From: a bacterium
Lineage (GTDB): Bacteria > Zixibacteria > MSB-5A5 > GN15 > FEB-12
Length of the DNA: 64,000 nt
Reading direction: 5' to 3'
Assembly (NCBI GenBank): GCA_043811375.1
Contig: JBDRNJ010000004.1
Coordinates: forward strand, 96,001 to 160,000
Both the position numbers and the translations under genes were made by a program. How positions within the stretch are numbered: position 1 is the stretch's first letter; the number at the start of each line of letters is the position of its first letter. This document shows, piece after piece, positions 10,938 to 21,243 of this stretch. Below the pieces are notes generated by a model, which ran no database searches, was not told the DNA's origin, and saw only the letters and a program-made list of their open reading frames with translations.

Positions 10938-11836
10938 GTCCGTTTCAGTTCGTGTCGCAGGATTATCTCCAGATGCGGCCGGCGGAATCGGAAACCGGAT
11001 TCGACCAGACGGGTTGGCTTCACCCGGGTGCTTGTCAACAGCATTTCACGGGCCATCTCACCGAAGAGAAACCGCAAAACCCCGGCCGGAACAGTCATCA
11101 TTGTAGGTCGGCAGAGTACCTTCCCCAGGGCCTGAGTGAACTCCCGGTTTGTCACCGCATTCGGCGATACCAGGTTGACGGCGCCCCTGAGTGACCCGGT
11201 ATTCAGACAATGATATATAGCAGCTACTATATCTTCGAGAGATATCCAACTCATGTACTGCCGTCCGCTGCCCAACCGTCCCCCCAGACCGAATCGAAAC
11301 GACGGCAGCATCTTTGCCAGAGCGCCACCGTCAGCGCTGAGTATGACTCCGAACCGAAGATGTACTACCCGAATCCCAGCCTCGGTAGCCGGCTTGGTGG
11401 CCGCCTCCCATTCGCGGCAGAGATCAGCCAGGAAACCGTTGCCGGGTCCGTCGTTTTCATCAACTTCATCGTCACCACGATCGCCGTAAAATCCGCAGGC
11501 CGAAGCCGACAGCAACACCGCCGGGGGTGGCTTTAATCTCGCCAGTGCTTCGGACAACAGGCGGGTTCCGATGATGCGGCTGTCTCGGATGCGTGCTTTT
11601 TTCGATGTCGTCCATCTGCCGGAAGCGATGTTCTCTCCAGCCAGGTGCACCACGGCGTCTATGCCTTTCAGACCATCTCTGTTAATCATCCCCCCATCCG
11701 GATCCCATCGGACCTGTTTGCCGGTCGGTGAGTCTCCGCTGCGAACGAGCGGGATTACATCGTGGCCCTGCGAGGACAAATCTGCAACTATGGCTCGACC
11801 GATCAATCCGGTAGAACCGCTAACGACGATTTTCAT
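10934..11836 (-). CDS. TIGR01777 family NAD-dependent epimerase/oxidoreductase (YfcH-like)
   Basis: GSTGLIG, HLAGENIA, SASACGFYG, GSGRQYMSWI. Confidence 0.92.
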   Translation of the reverse strand: MKIVVSGSTGLIGRAIVADLSSQGHDVIPLVRSGDSPTGKQVRWDPDGGMINRDGLKGIDAVVHLAGENIASGRWTTSKKARIRDSRIIGTRLLSEALARLKPPPAVLLSASACGFYGDRGDDEVDENDGPGNGFLADLCREWEAATKPATEAGIRVVHLRFGVILSADGGALAKMLPSFRFGLGGRLGSGRQYMSWISLEDIVAAIYHCLNTGSLRGAVNLVSPNAVTNREFTQALGKVLCRPTMMTVPAGVLRFLFGEMAREMLLTSTRVKPTRLVESGFRFRRPHLEIILRHELKRT

Positions 11837-11875
11837 CGTATGCTCCGCATACCGCAGCCGACGAGAGGCGGAGGT

Positions 11876-13243
11876 TCAGACCACCAGCTTCTGCATCAAC
11901 TCCCGGACCGACATCTTCTCGCAGGCAAAGATCACCTCTTTGGTCTCCTGTCGGCGATCATCCGAGAGCAAGCCCGATGCCAGGGCGTTGAACTTGGCCG
12001 TGAGGTCATCCATCGTCATCGGCTCGCGCGGGTCGCCTTTGGGGTACTCAAGATATTCGGAAAAACTCTGACCGTCTTTGGTTTTTACGACGACTTTCGA
12101 CGGTTGCTTGGCCGGGAACATCTTCTCGAACTCCTGCGAGGCCTCGCCCTTGATCTTGTCGATCACTTCCCAGATGCGTTTGTCCTTGAGTTTTTCATCA
12201 GAGAATGACTGGGTGGTCACCTGATGATCGACCAGGGCGGCGGCCACACAATAAGGCAACGAGTGATCGGCCGTTTCGCGTGACTCCGGGCGGTACTTGT
12301 GCGAATCGAAAAGAATATCACAGGCGCGGGCGATAGTGGTGATCGTCACCTGCTCGATCCGGTCATACGTTATATCGTTGTCGCGAACGACCTTCAACGT
12401 GGTCGACAGGTGGGTGTGGGTCAAGGCTTCGGTGGGGAAGGCCTTCATGCTGCACTCGAGTATCTTGAACTTGCCGCCCAGGTTGCCGATCAGTTTGTCA
12501 TTGTCCCACTCGGGACCGAACACGTCCATCAGACCTTCCTTGCCTTCAAACACCGCCTCGGTGCCGGTGTAACCCTTTTGCGCCATCAGGGCGGCCAGGA
12601 CACCGCTTTGCACCGCCATCGGATCGACGGTGTTTTTCATCATCGTCAGCTTACCGGCGGTGGGGCAACCGATAGTGTGGTTGTGGGAGCCGCTGATGCC
12701 GATGGCATGAACCATCTGGTCAACCGTCAAACCCAGCAGCTTGCCGGCCACGATCGGTGAAACGAACTGCGTCAGGGTGGCGTGGTGCCACTTGCGTTCG
12801 CGCACGCCGGGCACGGCGAATTCGCACAGGCGCTGTTCAAACTCGTAGGCCAGTACGATAGCTACGATCACCTCTCTCATCGAAGCGTCAACCAGTTCAC
12901 CTGTCGCCAGCGCCGCTGGAATCAGGTCGGACGGATGCGAGGGGTCTTCCTTCCAGTAGATGTCGTTGAAATCAAGAGCGCGTACCATCAGGGAATTGAC
13001 GAGAGTGGCGTTGACGGCGGGCATCTTGTCACCGAAAGCTATCAGTGTCGCTTCACCCCGGCCGCCCATGCCGGCGTAGATGTCGCGCAGGATATTGACA
13101 TCTTTGGTGTGGTAGCCGCCGTAAGCACAGCCGATGGAGTCGTACAGGTAGCGTTTGACTTCGTTGACGACATCGTCGGGCAGGTCGTCGTATTTGAGAT
13201 TGACGGCAAATTCAGCTATCCGGCGTGAGATTGATTTCTGCAT
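11876..13243 (-). CDS. prpD: MmgE/PrpD family protein (2-methylcitrate dehydratase-like)
   Basis: RALDFND, HPSDLIP, RETADHSLPY, YPKGDPREPM. Confidence 0.88.
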   Translation of the reverse strand: MQKSISRRIAEFAVNLKYDDLPDDVVNEVKRYLYDSIGCAYGGYHTKDVNILRDIYAGMGGRGEATLIAFGDKMPAVNATLVNSLMVRALDFNDIYWKEDPSHPSDLIPAALATGELVDASMREVIVAIVLAYEFEQRLCEFAVPGVRERKWHHATLTQFVSPIVAGKLLGLTVDQMVHAIGISGSHNHTIGCPTAGKLTMMKNTVDPMAVQSGVLAALMAQKGYTGTEAVFEGKEGLMDVFGPEWDNDKLIGNLGGKFKILECSMKAFPTEALTHTHLSTTLKVVRDNDITYDRIEQVTITTIARACDILFDSHKYRPESRETADHSLPYCVAAALVDHQVTTQSFSDEKLKDKRIWEVIDKIKGEASQEFEKMFPAKQPSKVVVKTKDGQSFSEYLEYPKGDPREPMTMDDLTAKFNALASGLLSDDRRQETKEVIFACEKMSVRELMQKLVV

Positions 13244-13282
13244 GTTAGTATTTTATCCTTTGTTAAACTAATGTTTCCTGTT

Positions 13283-13530
13283 TCAACCCCAAACAAGTTT
13301 GTGGTTGCCACCCAGCCGCGTAGAGGCGGGCCTTGTGTCCGCCGATGGCGTTGCCACTAACCCTTCGACTCCGCTCAGGGTGACGACATTCACTGTCTTC
13401 CACTATAGTGCGCGGCGTATGTCCACATGCGCCGCGATCTACCGGCAGATGTGGACATCTGCCGGTCACAAATCCACTGTTCGGTTGGGTCTTGGCTCGC
13501 CTCCGGGCGAGGTGTGATCCGACCGAAACT
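13283..13530. repeat. Composite REP-like cluster (BIME-like)
   Basis: Contains modules shared with 4374-4403, 8821-8885 and 25515-25545, plus the palindrome CCGGCAGATGTGGACATCTGCCGG. Confidence 0.8.
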
Positions 13531-13639
13531 AACTTATGAGACAATCCCCCTCGCTTTGGGTTCAGACGATTCCCCGCATTTGAAACGAACCCACCTCAAA
13601 GGATGAAGCACCTGCAATGACGATGGGCATTGCCGCATA

Positions 13640-15232
13640 CTACTCCTTCTCCTCCTTGAGTATCTCCGAGAGTATCTGTGAGACCGGTACGCTTCCCTCG
13701 CGCATCTCCTTCATCTGGGGGAAGAAAATAACGTCGCGGATCGAGTGCTGGTTGGTCAACAGCATGACCAGGCGGTCAACGCCGAAGCCGAGTCCGCCGG
13801 TGGGCGGCATACCGTAGGCCAGGGCGGTAACAAAATCGTCATCCAGCGGCTGGGCTTCTTCGTCTCCCGCTTTCAGTGCTTTGCCCTGTTGCAGGAAACG
13901 CTGGAGCTGATCCATCGGATCGTTTAACTCGCTGAAAGCGTTGCCCATCTCCAAGCCCGCTACAAAAAGTTCGAAACGCTCGGTAAGGCGGTCGTTGTCG
14001 CGGTGTTTCTTGGCCAGGGGCGAGATGTCGGCCGGGAAGTCAGCCACGAACGTAGGCTGGATCAATGTCGGTTCCACTTTGGATGCCCATACCGCCTCGA
14101 CCACTTTACCCCAGTTAATCAGTTTGTCCGTATCCTCGACGCCGAGTTGCACTGCTGCTGTCCGGGCGTCATCGAAGGACATATCGGAAAAATCGATACC
14201 GGTTTCGTCCTTGACGGAACCGAGCATCGTCACCCACCGGAAGCGCGGCTCGAAATCGATCTGGTGTTCCTCGTAAGTGATCTTATAGCTGTCGTGCAGG
14301 CTACAGACAACGTAGCGCAACAGTTCCTCAAACAGGGCGGCGATATCACGGTAGTCGGCATACGCCCAGTACAACTCGACCATGCTGAACTCCGGGTTGT
14401 GCAGGCGATCCAGGCCTTCGTTGCGGAAATCCTTGCACAACTCCCAGACCCTGGCGAAACCACCCACGATAAGCCGCTTGAGGTACAGTTCATCGGCGAT
14501 ACGCAGATACATCGGCCTGTCCAGCTTGTCGTGATGAGTCTTAAATGGACGGGCATTGCCGCCACCATACAGAGGTTGCAGAATCGGTGTTTCCACTTCC
14601 AGAAAATCATGGTTGTTGAGAAACTCGCGGATCGACCGGATGATGTTCGTGCGCTGGATAAAGGTCTCCTTCACTTCCGGGTTGACGATCAAGTCAACGT
14701 AGCGCCGCCGGTAGCGGGTCTCTTTGTCGGTCAGGCCGGAGTGTTTATCCGGAAGCGGATGCAGCGCCTTGCACAGCATCTCGAAAATGGTCACGCTGAG
14801 AGTTCGCTCGCCCTTCTTTGTGACAAACAAAGTCCCCTCGCAGCCGATGATATCGCCCAGGTCAACCATGTTAAACAGTTCAAACTGCTCTTTACCGACG
14901 TTGTCCAGACGGACGTAAATTTGAATGCGTCCGGAGAAGTCGCGGATGTCGGCAAAGTACACTTTGCCCATTTTGCGCTTGAGAATGACACGTCCGGCCA
15001 GCCGCACCTCCGTCTCAGCAGTTACCAGTTGGTCAAAGTTATCCAGTACATTACGTACCAGGCAGGTCCGCTCGTAGCGGTAAGGGTAGGGGTTGACGCC
15101 GTTGCCGCTTAAATCCTTCGCCTTCTGGTGACGAATCCTGATCAGTTCCGCCAGCGGAATCTGGGTGCCGGTTTCGCCGGATTCGTTCGGGTGAGATTCT
15201 GTCTTGCCCTGGTTCTTCTTACTCATATTCAT
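13640..15232 (-). CDS. lysS: Lysine--tRNA ligase (class II)
   Basis: RYRRRYVDLI, YLRIADELYLKRLIVGG, FRNEG, ERFELF, YGMPPTGGLGFGVDRL. Confidence 0.97.
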   Translation of the reverse strand: MNMSKKNQGKTESHPNESGETGTQIPLAELIRIRHQKAKDLSGNGVNPYPYRYERTCLVRNVLDNFDQLVTAETEVRLAGRVILKRKMGKVYFADIRDFSGRIQIYVRLDNVGKEQFELFNMVDLGDIIGCEGTLFVTKKGERTLSVTIFEMLCKALHPLPDKHSGLTDKETRYRRRYVDLIVNPEVKETFIQRTNIIRSIREFLNNHDFLEVETPILQPLYGGGNARPFKTHHDKLDRPMYLRIADELYLKRLIVGGFARVWELCKDFRNEGLDRLHNPEFSMVELYWAYADYRDIAALFEELLRYVVCSLHDSYKITYEEHQIDFEPRFRWVTMLGSVKDETGIDFSDMSFDDARTAAVQLGVEDTDKLINWGKVVEAVWASKVEPTLIQPTFVADFPADISPLAKKHRDNDRLTERFELFVAGLEMGNAFSELNDPMDQLQRFLQQGKALKAGDEEAQPLDDDFVTALAYGMPPTGGLGFGVDRLVMLLTNQHSIRDVIFFPQMKEMREGSVPVSQILSEILKEEKE

Positions 15233-15283
15233 CCTGTTTTAGCAGTGACTACTTCAGTCGCTGCGGTGTCATCTTTTGTCAAG

Positions 15284-15811
15284 TCAGTCCGCGGCCTGAT
15301 CGTCGGATTGCGACAACTTCTCTTTAAGAGCCACTCCTACCGCCGCCGGCACCAGTCCGGACACATCCCCTCCGTGCCGCGCCACATCCTTGACAATCGT
15401 CGAAGATAGATAAACCCACGACAGAGAAGGCATCAAAAAGACCGTTTCAACGCTTCGGGCCAGTTTGCGATTCATCAGAGCCATCTGGAATTCGAACTCG
15501 AAATCAGAGACGGCCCGCAAACCCCGAACGATGGCGTTGGCCTGCTGCTCAATCGCCAGGTCCGCCAGCAGTCCGTCAAAAGCAATAACACTAATCCCGT
15601 CGGCAAAAGCCCTGTCCTTAATCGACTCTTCGATCAGCCGGATGCGCTCATCGCAATCAAAGAAGGGATTCTTGTCGGTGTTGACGGCAACGGCCACAAC
15701 CAGTTTTCCAAAGAGGTGGCAGGCCCTTTCTATCAACGACAGATGTCCGTTAGTTATCGGATCGAAAGTACCCGGGTAGATGGCCCGAGTGATGTGGTGT
15801 TTTTTCGTCAC
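15284..15811 (-). CDS. coaD: Phosphopantetheine adenylyltransferase
   Basis: YPGTFDPITNGH, RGLRAVSDFEFE, SSTIVK. Confidence 0.97.
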   Translation of the reverse strand: MTKKHHITRAIYPGTFDPITNGHLSLIERACHLFGKLVVAVAVNTDKNPFFDCDERIRLIEESIKDRAFADGISVIAFDGLLADLAIEQQANAIVRGLRAVSDFEFEFQMALMNRKLARSVETVFLMPSLSWVYLSSTIVKDVARHGGDVSGLVPAAVGVALKEKLSQSDDQAAD

Positions 15812-15856
15812 AACCGGTCCTCACCATTTCTGATTACATACGGTCCGTGTGGCTGA

Positions 15857-15885
15857 AAAATACACTGCCGGTTAGCGTCTGGCAA
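15857..15885 (-). promoter_or_regulatory. Putative promoter of coaD-lysS
   Basis: TTGCCA-N17-TATTTT with TG immediately before the -10 box. Confidence 0.5.
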
Positions 15886-15891
15886 GATCAA

Positions 15892-16749
15892 TTAGCTGAC
15901 GGCAAGACCCATAGCAATCAGAAAATCGGCAGCCCCCCCTTCCGGTAAGGATGTCTCCTTCAGGAAGGCGGGATTGATCTGCGGTCGGCGGACTGCCTTT
16001 GAAAAATGATCCTCCAATATCGACACTACCGGCGAATCCGTCGCCACACCGGTGATCAATAGAGATGACAGGAGCGGGCTTCGGTCGTTATCCTGAAGTG
16101 TTGCCAGCCGGAAATTGACGACCGTTTTGAACTCAGCCGCCATTTTCCGGAGCTCCCGGTCGCCGTCACAATGTGACGGGCCGGCCCGAATACCGGTCAC
16201 ATCTATGATATCCTCACCCCTGAGGAAACAGAGAGAGACGGTCTCGCGGCCGAAATCAGCCAGACCGACCAGTTCTCCCGGTGTCACCCGGCAGAAGCAG
16301 CGGTAGGCTCGGGCCAGAGCAACCGCCCGCATCTCAAATCTCAGAGAGTCCACATGGGAATCGGACAGAAACGGGAAAAGGTCGGCCAGTTGCTGTAGCT
16401 GCCGGCAACGAACGGCCAGGCCCAGATGTCGTCCGTTTCCGGCCGGTTGACCGACCAGAGAGAACTCATTGTCATCATCAAGCAGCGACCGCGAGAGTTC
16501 AAACCTGGTCAGCAGGTCGGAATCCCATCGGCTGGTCCGGTCCAGACGAAAACTCCTGACCAGCACCTGCTCATCAGGAACCGACAGGACGACAACTTCA
16601 ATTCCATGACCGAGGTGTGCTTCTAACTCTGATTCTTTGCACTTATCAAGGGAAACCACTGAGTACCCGTTTCCATCGTGTTGGACCCGGGCCAGGTAAC
16701 AGCCATCCCGCCTTAAGTCGACACCAACACTGAGGCGCGGGTCGGTCAT
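15892..16749 (-). CDS. Hypothetical protein, divergent PilM/actin-like fold
   Basis: VGVDL N-terminus, LADFG, LLITG, C-terminal IAMGLA resemble PilM landmarks; translationally coupled to comEA. Confidence 0.55.
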   Translation of the reverse strand: MTDPRLSVGVDLRRDGCYLARVQHDGNGYSVVSLDKCKESELEAHLGHGIEVVVLSVPDEQVLVRSFRLDRTSRWDSDLLTRFELSRSLLDDDNEFSLVGQPAGNGRHLGLAVRCRQLQQLADLFPFLSDSHVDSLRFEMRAVALARAYRCFCRVTPGELVGLADFGRETVSLCFLRGEDIIDVTGIRAGPSHCDGDRELRKMAAEFKTVVNFRLATLQDNDRSPLLSSLLITGVATDSPVVSILEDHFSKAVRRPQINPAFLKETSLPEGGAADFLIAMGLAVS

Positions 16750-17117
16750 GGCTGCTTCACCCTCAGGTACGGCCTCAGCCGTTCGTATAGTTTGGGTCCG
16801 ATACCCTTAACCTCGGTGATATCAATCTCTCGGCTGAAGCTCTGCTGCCGGCGGTAGGCCACGATGCGGTTGGCCAGGACCGGACCGATACCGGGCAGCA
16901 ACTCCAGCGAGTCAGCCGGTGCGGTATTGGGGTCGAGGACAAAAACTCCCGTAAAAACCTGTTCGTCCTCGCCGACGAACACTTGCAATGGCGGTAGGCT
17001 GTCGGCAGTGTCGGCGCGCGAACGGATAAAGAGATAACCCGCCATCACCACGGCTCCGGCCGTCAAAACAGCCAGGAATCTTAGTTGTCCGGAACTGAAG
17101 TCAAAGAAGCGATTCAT
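16746..17117 (-). CDS. comEA: ComEA family helix-hairpin-helix DNA-binding protein
   Basis: N-terminal TM, DPNTA..LELLPGIGPVLA..IVAYR, VKGIGPK. Confidence 0.85.
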   Translation of the reverse strand: MNRFFDFSSGQLRFLAVLTAGAVVMAGYLFIRSRADTADSLPPLQVFVGEDEQVFTGVFVLDPNTAPADSLELLPGIGPVLANRIVAYRRQQSFSREIDITEVKGIGPKLYERLRPYLRVKQP

Positions 17118-17194
17118 AGGTTTCCACCGTGTTCTTACGATCAGGGTCAAGGTATCATCAGAACGACCAAAAATCAACCGACAGCCGAGCCTGA

Positions 17195-18334
17195 TCAGGA
17201 GGTTGTGTAGTTGGCCAGGAAATCGCGGCGAAACTGCGAAAGCCGCTGCTGCTGGATAGCCTGCCGGATATTGCGCATCATCTGCTGGTAAAAATATGTC
17301 GAGTGAAAGGTAGCCAGTACCATGCCGGTGATTTCCGACTGGTTGTACAGGTGCCGCAGGTAGGCTCGGCTGTAGCGTCGGCACACCAGGCAGTCACAGT
17401 TGGGATCGAGCGGATGCTCATCGTCGGCGCAGTCGGCATTGCGGTAAGTCAACTGCCCCTGTGATGTAAACACGTTGCCGGTGCGGGCGTTACGGGTCGG
17501 CAGCACACAGTCAAACATGTCGACTCCGTAACCGACAGCCATCAGGATATCCTCCGGATAACCGACCCCCATCAGGTAACGGGGTTTATCGGACGGCAAA
17601 AACTCGACCGTATGGGCCAGGGTATCCTCCATCTCCTGCTTGCTCTCACCCACGGACAGACCGCCGATAGCATAGCCGTCAAAATCCATTGCCACGATTT
17701 CCTCGGCCGACTGTGTCCGCAATTGTTGATAGACCGATCCCTGGACAATCCCGAACAAGCGTATACCGGATGAGTCCTGCCGAGATCGAGCCGCATGAAC
17801 CGACCGGCAGCGTCGCGCCCAGTCCGATGTTCTCCTGACCGCCACTGCCGCCGCCGGTTCCTCCACCGGGTAGGGGACACACTGGTCGAGAGGCATGATT
17901 ATGTCGGCGCCGAGGTCGTGTTCAATCTCGATCACCTTCTCCGGCGTAAAGAAGTGGCTCGACCCGTCCAGGTGTGATCGAAATTCCACACCTTCATCAG
18001 ATACCTTCGATATATCCCGCATGGAGAATATCTGGTAACCGCCGCTGTCGGTCAGAGTTGGTCGGTTCCAGCCGCTGAACCGGGCCAGTCCGCCAAGAGA
18101 ACGGACGATGTTTTGTCCGGGTCGAAGGTAGAGATGATAGGTGTTACCCAGAATTATCTCGGCGCTACACTGCTCCAGATGCTCTGCTGTCAGCCCTTTC
18201 ACGGCACCCGATGTTCCCACCGGCATGAAAGCCGGGGTCTGAAAAGTCCCGTGCAAGGTCGACACTTCACCACGTCGGGCCGGACCGTCCGTTTGTATGA
18301 GATGGAAAAACCGGGTCGCGTCGCCGTCGTTCAT
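17195..18334 (-). CDS. tgt: tRNA-guanine transglycosylase
   Basis: TPAFMPVGT, NTYHLYLRPG, TDSGGYQ, GGLSVGE, DMFDCVLPTRNAR, Zn-binding CDCLVC. Confidence 0.97.
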   Translation of the reverse strand: MNDGDATRFFHLIQTDGPARRGEVSTLHGTFQTPAFMPVGTSGAVKGLTAEHLEQCSAEIILGNTYHLYLRPGQNIVRSLGGLARFSGWNRPTLTDSGGYQIFSMRDISKVSDEGVEFRSHLDGSSHFFTPEKVIEIEHDLGADIIMPLDQCVPYPVEEPAAAVAVRRTSDWARRCRSVHAARSRQDSSGIRLFGIVQGSVYQQLRTQSAEEIVAMDFDGYAIGGLSVGESKQEMEDTLAHTVEFLPSDKPRYLMGVGYPEDILMAVGYGVDMFDCVLPTRNARTGNVFTSQGQLTYRNADCADDEHPLDPNCDCLVCRRYSRAYLRHLYNQSEITGMVLATFHSTYFYQQMMRNIRQAIQQQRLSQFRRDFLANYTTS

Positions 18335-19698
18335 GCCAGCACCAGTTCCAGCGCTGACTGGATGTCCGTGACCGGCGTCAACTCAATCGGTCTTTCGCCG
18401 ATCTGAGACAGGTTGGCCTGCGGCAGAACCATGGTCTCAAACCCCATTTTGACGGCTTCCTTGAGGCGTTGGTCGATCATGGTAACGCCGCGCACCTCGC
18501 CGGACAGACCGACCTCACCAACCACAATAGTGCGGAAATCGACTGCCCGGTTCAACAGCGATGAAGCAATCGCCATCATTACCGGCAGGTCCAGCGACGG
18601 TTCCGAGAGCCTCAGTCCTCCCGCCACCGAGACAAAAACGTCGTGAGTCGACATCGAATGACCGCAACGCTTTTCCAATATGGCCAGCAGCAGCGACAGG
18701 CGGCGGTGGTCGATACCCCCGGCCACCCGCTGGGGGTTGCCGCCGTAGCCGGCCGGCGCTACCAACGCCTGCGTTTCCACTAAAATGGTGCGGCTGCCTT
18801 CGCTGATAGCAGTCACCACCGATCCGGTTCGCGGCTGATTCTGATGGTCCGCCAGAAAAAAGGACGAGGCATTGGCCACTTCCGAAAGTCCCCCGGGAAG
18901 CATCTCAAACAGGCCGACTTCACTGACTGAGCCAAATCGATTCTTGGCCGCCCGCAACACCCGATACAGGTGGGTGCTGTCACCTTCAAAGTATATGACC
19001 GTGTCGACCATGTGTTCCAGCAGTTTGGGACCGGCCACCATACCGTCTTTGGTGACGTGACCGACCAGGCACAGAGCCACATTCTGCGAGTGGGCCAGGC
19101 TCGTCAATCGGGCGGCAGCCTGACGGACCTGGGCTACCGTCCCCGGCGGTGAGTCCAACTGGTCGGAGGCCATCGTCTGGATGGAGTCTATGAAAACAAT
19201 CTCCGGCCTGTCGGAGCCAAGCATCGCCGTCACTTCCTCCAGCGAACTGGAGTTAACGATCATGATCTCCCCGCCGTCAATATCCAGGCGTTCAGCCCGC
19301 AGTTTAATCTGCTGCAACGACTCCTCACCGCTGATATAGGCCACCGAGATACCCTGCTCGGAATATGCCGCAGCCACCTGCAGCAATAACGTTGATTTGC
19401 CGATCCCCGGTTCGCCTCCCAACAGGACGGTCATTCCGGGAAGAAACCGACCACCCAGCACACGGTCGAACTCGGCTATTCCGCAGGTGTAACCCGATGT
19501 CTGCTCCAGGCTGATCTGCGCTAATTTCATTTTTTCGACTGGTGCAACTCCGGCAGAACTTTTACCGGCCGCAGGTACTTTTTCTTCCACCAGACAGTTC
19601 CACTGGGCGCAACCGCGACACTGCCCCTGCCACTTGGCGTGCTGAGTCCCGCAGTGGGAACAGAAGAAAGCCGTTTTGGTTTTTTTGCCGGTAATCAT
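18331..19698 (-). CDS. radA: DNA repair protein RadA/Sms
   Basis: N-terminal C4 zinc finger, GGEPGIGKST, KNRFG, GEVGLSGEVR. Confidence 0.97.
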   Translation of the reverse strand: MITGKKTKTAFFCSHCGTQHAKWQGQCRGCAQWNCLVEEKVPAAGKSSAGVAPVEKMKLAQISLEQTSGYTCGIAEFDRVLGGRFLPGMTVLLGGEPGIGKSTLLLQVAAAYSEQGISVAYISGEESLQQIKLRAERLDIDGGEIMIVNSSSLEEVTAMLGSDRPEIVFIDSIQTMASDQLDSPPGTVAQVRQAAARLTSLAHSQNVALCLVGHVTKDGMVAGPKLLEHMVDTVIYFEGDSTHLYRVLRAAKNRFGSVSEVGLFEMLPGGLSEVANASSFFLADHQNQPRTGSVVTAISEGSRTILVETQALVAPAGYGGNPQRVAGGIDHRRLSLLLAILEKRCGHSMSTHDVFVSVAGGLRLSEPSLDLPVMMAIASSLLNRAVDFRTIVVGEVGLSGEVRGVTMIDQRLKEAVKMGFETMVLPQANLSQIGERPIELTPVTDIQSALELVLA

Positions 19699-20459
19699 CT
19701 GACCTGGATAGGGCCGATAGAACTGCCGCTGATGAACTGCCGGACAACTTCGTTGTCGCTGTCCCTGATTTCCTCGGGGCTGCCGTCAAACTCCACTCGC
19801 CCCCGGTAGAGCACGATGATACGGGATGCTATTCGGTAAGCCGATTTCATATCGTGGGTAACGGCTATTGAGGTCACGTTGAGCTGTTGATTGAGGTCAA
19901 CTATCAGGCCATTGATCATGTCGGCGGTTACCGGATCCAGACCGGTGGTTGGTTCGTCATAAAGGAGCATTTCCGGATCATCAGCTATGGCGCGGGCCAG
20001 GCCGACTCGTTTGCGCATCCCGCCGGAAAGCTCAGCCGGATTCTTGTCCGCGGCGTCGGTCAGAGCAACCATCTTGAGTTTCTCGCGCACGATTTCAGCT
20101 ACCTGGTCATTGGAGTAGAGTCGGGACTCGGTCAGCCCCAGACCGACATTCTCAGCAACAGTGAGAGAGTCAAACAACGCCGCCGATTGAAACAGCATAC
20201 CCACCCGTCTTCGGACCGCCGTAATGTCTCTGGTATTGAGCCGGGAGAGGTCCTGCCCATCAAAAAGAACGCGCCCGCTGTCCGGTTGCAGTAAGCGAAT
20301 AACGTGTTTCAGCAGCACCGACTTGCCGCACCCGGACTGCCCGATTACCACGATTGACTCACCACGGTCGACAGTCACTGAAACCCCCCGCAGGACTTCC
20401 AGAGACTGAAAGCTCTTGTGCAAATCCTCGGTTTTTACCAGCGGCAATTCCACGATCAT
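19695..20459 (-). CDS. mlaF: MlaF/Ttg2A-like ABC ATPase
   Basis: GQSGCGKS, LSGGMRKRVGLARA, YDEPTTGLDP; adjacent to mlaE. Confidence 0.88.
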   Translation of the reverse strand: MIVELPLVKTEDLHKSFQSLEVLRGVSVTVDRGESIVVIGQSGCGKSVLLKHVIRLLQPDSGRVLFDGQDLSRLNTRDITAVRRRVGMLFQSAALFDSLTVAENVGLGLTESRLYSNDQVAEIVREKLKMVALTDAADKNPAELSGGMRKRVGLARAIADDPEMLLYDEPTTGLDPVTADMINGLIVDLNQQLNVTSIAVTHDMKSAYRIASRIIVLYRGRVEFDGSPEEIRDSDNEVVRQFISGSSIGPIQVR

Positions 20460-21235
20460 ATCCTGAACAGCAAGACGGCAAAGATGAAATTGAACACCAG
20501 GATCAGTACCGATGAGATAACCACCGATGTGGTGGTCGCCTGTCCCACTCCCTGGGCTCCCCCACGGGCATTAAATCCCTCGTAGCAACCCACGACACCG
20601 ATAGTGAGTCCGAAAACAGCCGCTTTGATTAAACCATCGACAAAATCACCAAGCTTGAAGGAGTCGCGAAAGCCGTTGAGGAAAGTTTCCGATGATACGT
20701 CGACACCTATAATAGATACCACCAACGCCCCCATGATAGCCACGAAATTGGCAAATATGACCAGGAAAGGCACCATGATAAGACAGGCCAGCACCCGCGG
20801 CATGACCAGGTAACGGATGGGGTTGATACCCATCGATTCCAGGGCGTCAATCTGTTCGGTAACGCGCATCGTCCCCAGCTCGGCCGCCACCCCGGCACCG
20901 ACCCGCCCGGCAAACACAATCGCCGACAGCACCGGCGCCAGTTCGATGACCACCGCTTTGCCCACCGCCTGGCCGAGGTAGCGCAGCGGCGCCCCGATAA
21001 ACTTGAACTGATAAGCCGCCTGCCAGGCCGAAACGGCTCCCACAAAGATGGAGATGATGATTATCAGGGGTAGTGATCGAACACCCAGAGCGTAAAGTTG
21101 CTCAAAGATCAGACGCCATGATCGGGGAACATCCCTGAGTGATACCAGGAACCTGCCCAGCATAATAGAAAGGCCGCCCAGTCGGGTGACAAACCCAACA
21201 CCACGGCGACCGATGACCTGTAGTCCGTAATCCAT
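20456..21235 (-). CDS. mlaE: MlaE family ABC permease
   Basis: ELAPVL, GRVGAGVAAELGTMRVTEQIDAL, GAQGVGQATT. Confidence 0.92.
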   Translation of the reverse strand: MDYGLQVIGRRGVGFVTRLGGLSIMLGRFLVSLRDVPRSWRLIFEQLYALGVRSLPLIIIISIFVGAVSAWQAAYQFKFIGAPLRYLGQAVGKAVVIELAPVLSAIVFAGRVGAGVAAELGTMRVTEQIDALESMGINPIRYLVMPRVLACLIMVPFLVIFANFVAIMGALVVSIIGVDVSSETFLNGFRDSFKLGDFVDGLIKAAVFGLTIGVVGCYEGFNARGGAQGVGQATTTSVVISSVLILVFNFIFAVLLFRI

Positions 21236-21243
21236 GCTCTTAC

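Noticed and set aside
13283..13530. CRISPR array in the repeat clusters
   Set aside because: Repeats are heterogeneous palindromes without constant repeat-spacer periodicity, and no cas genes are in the window
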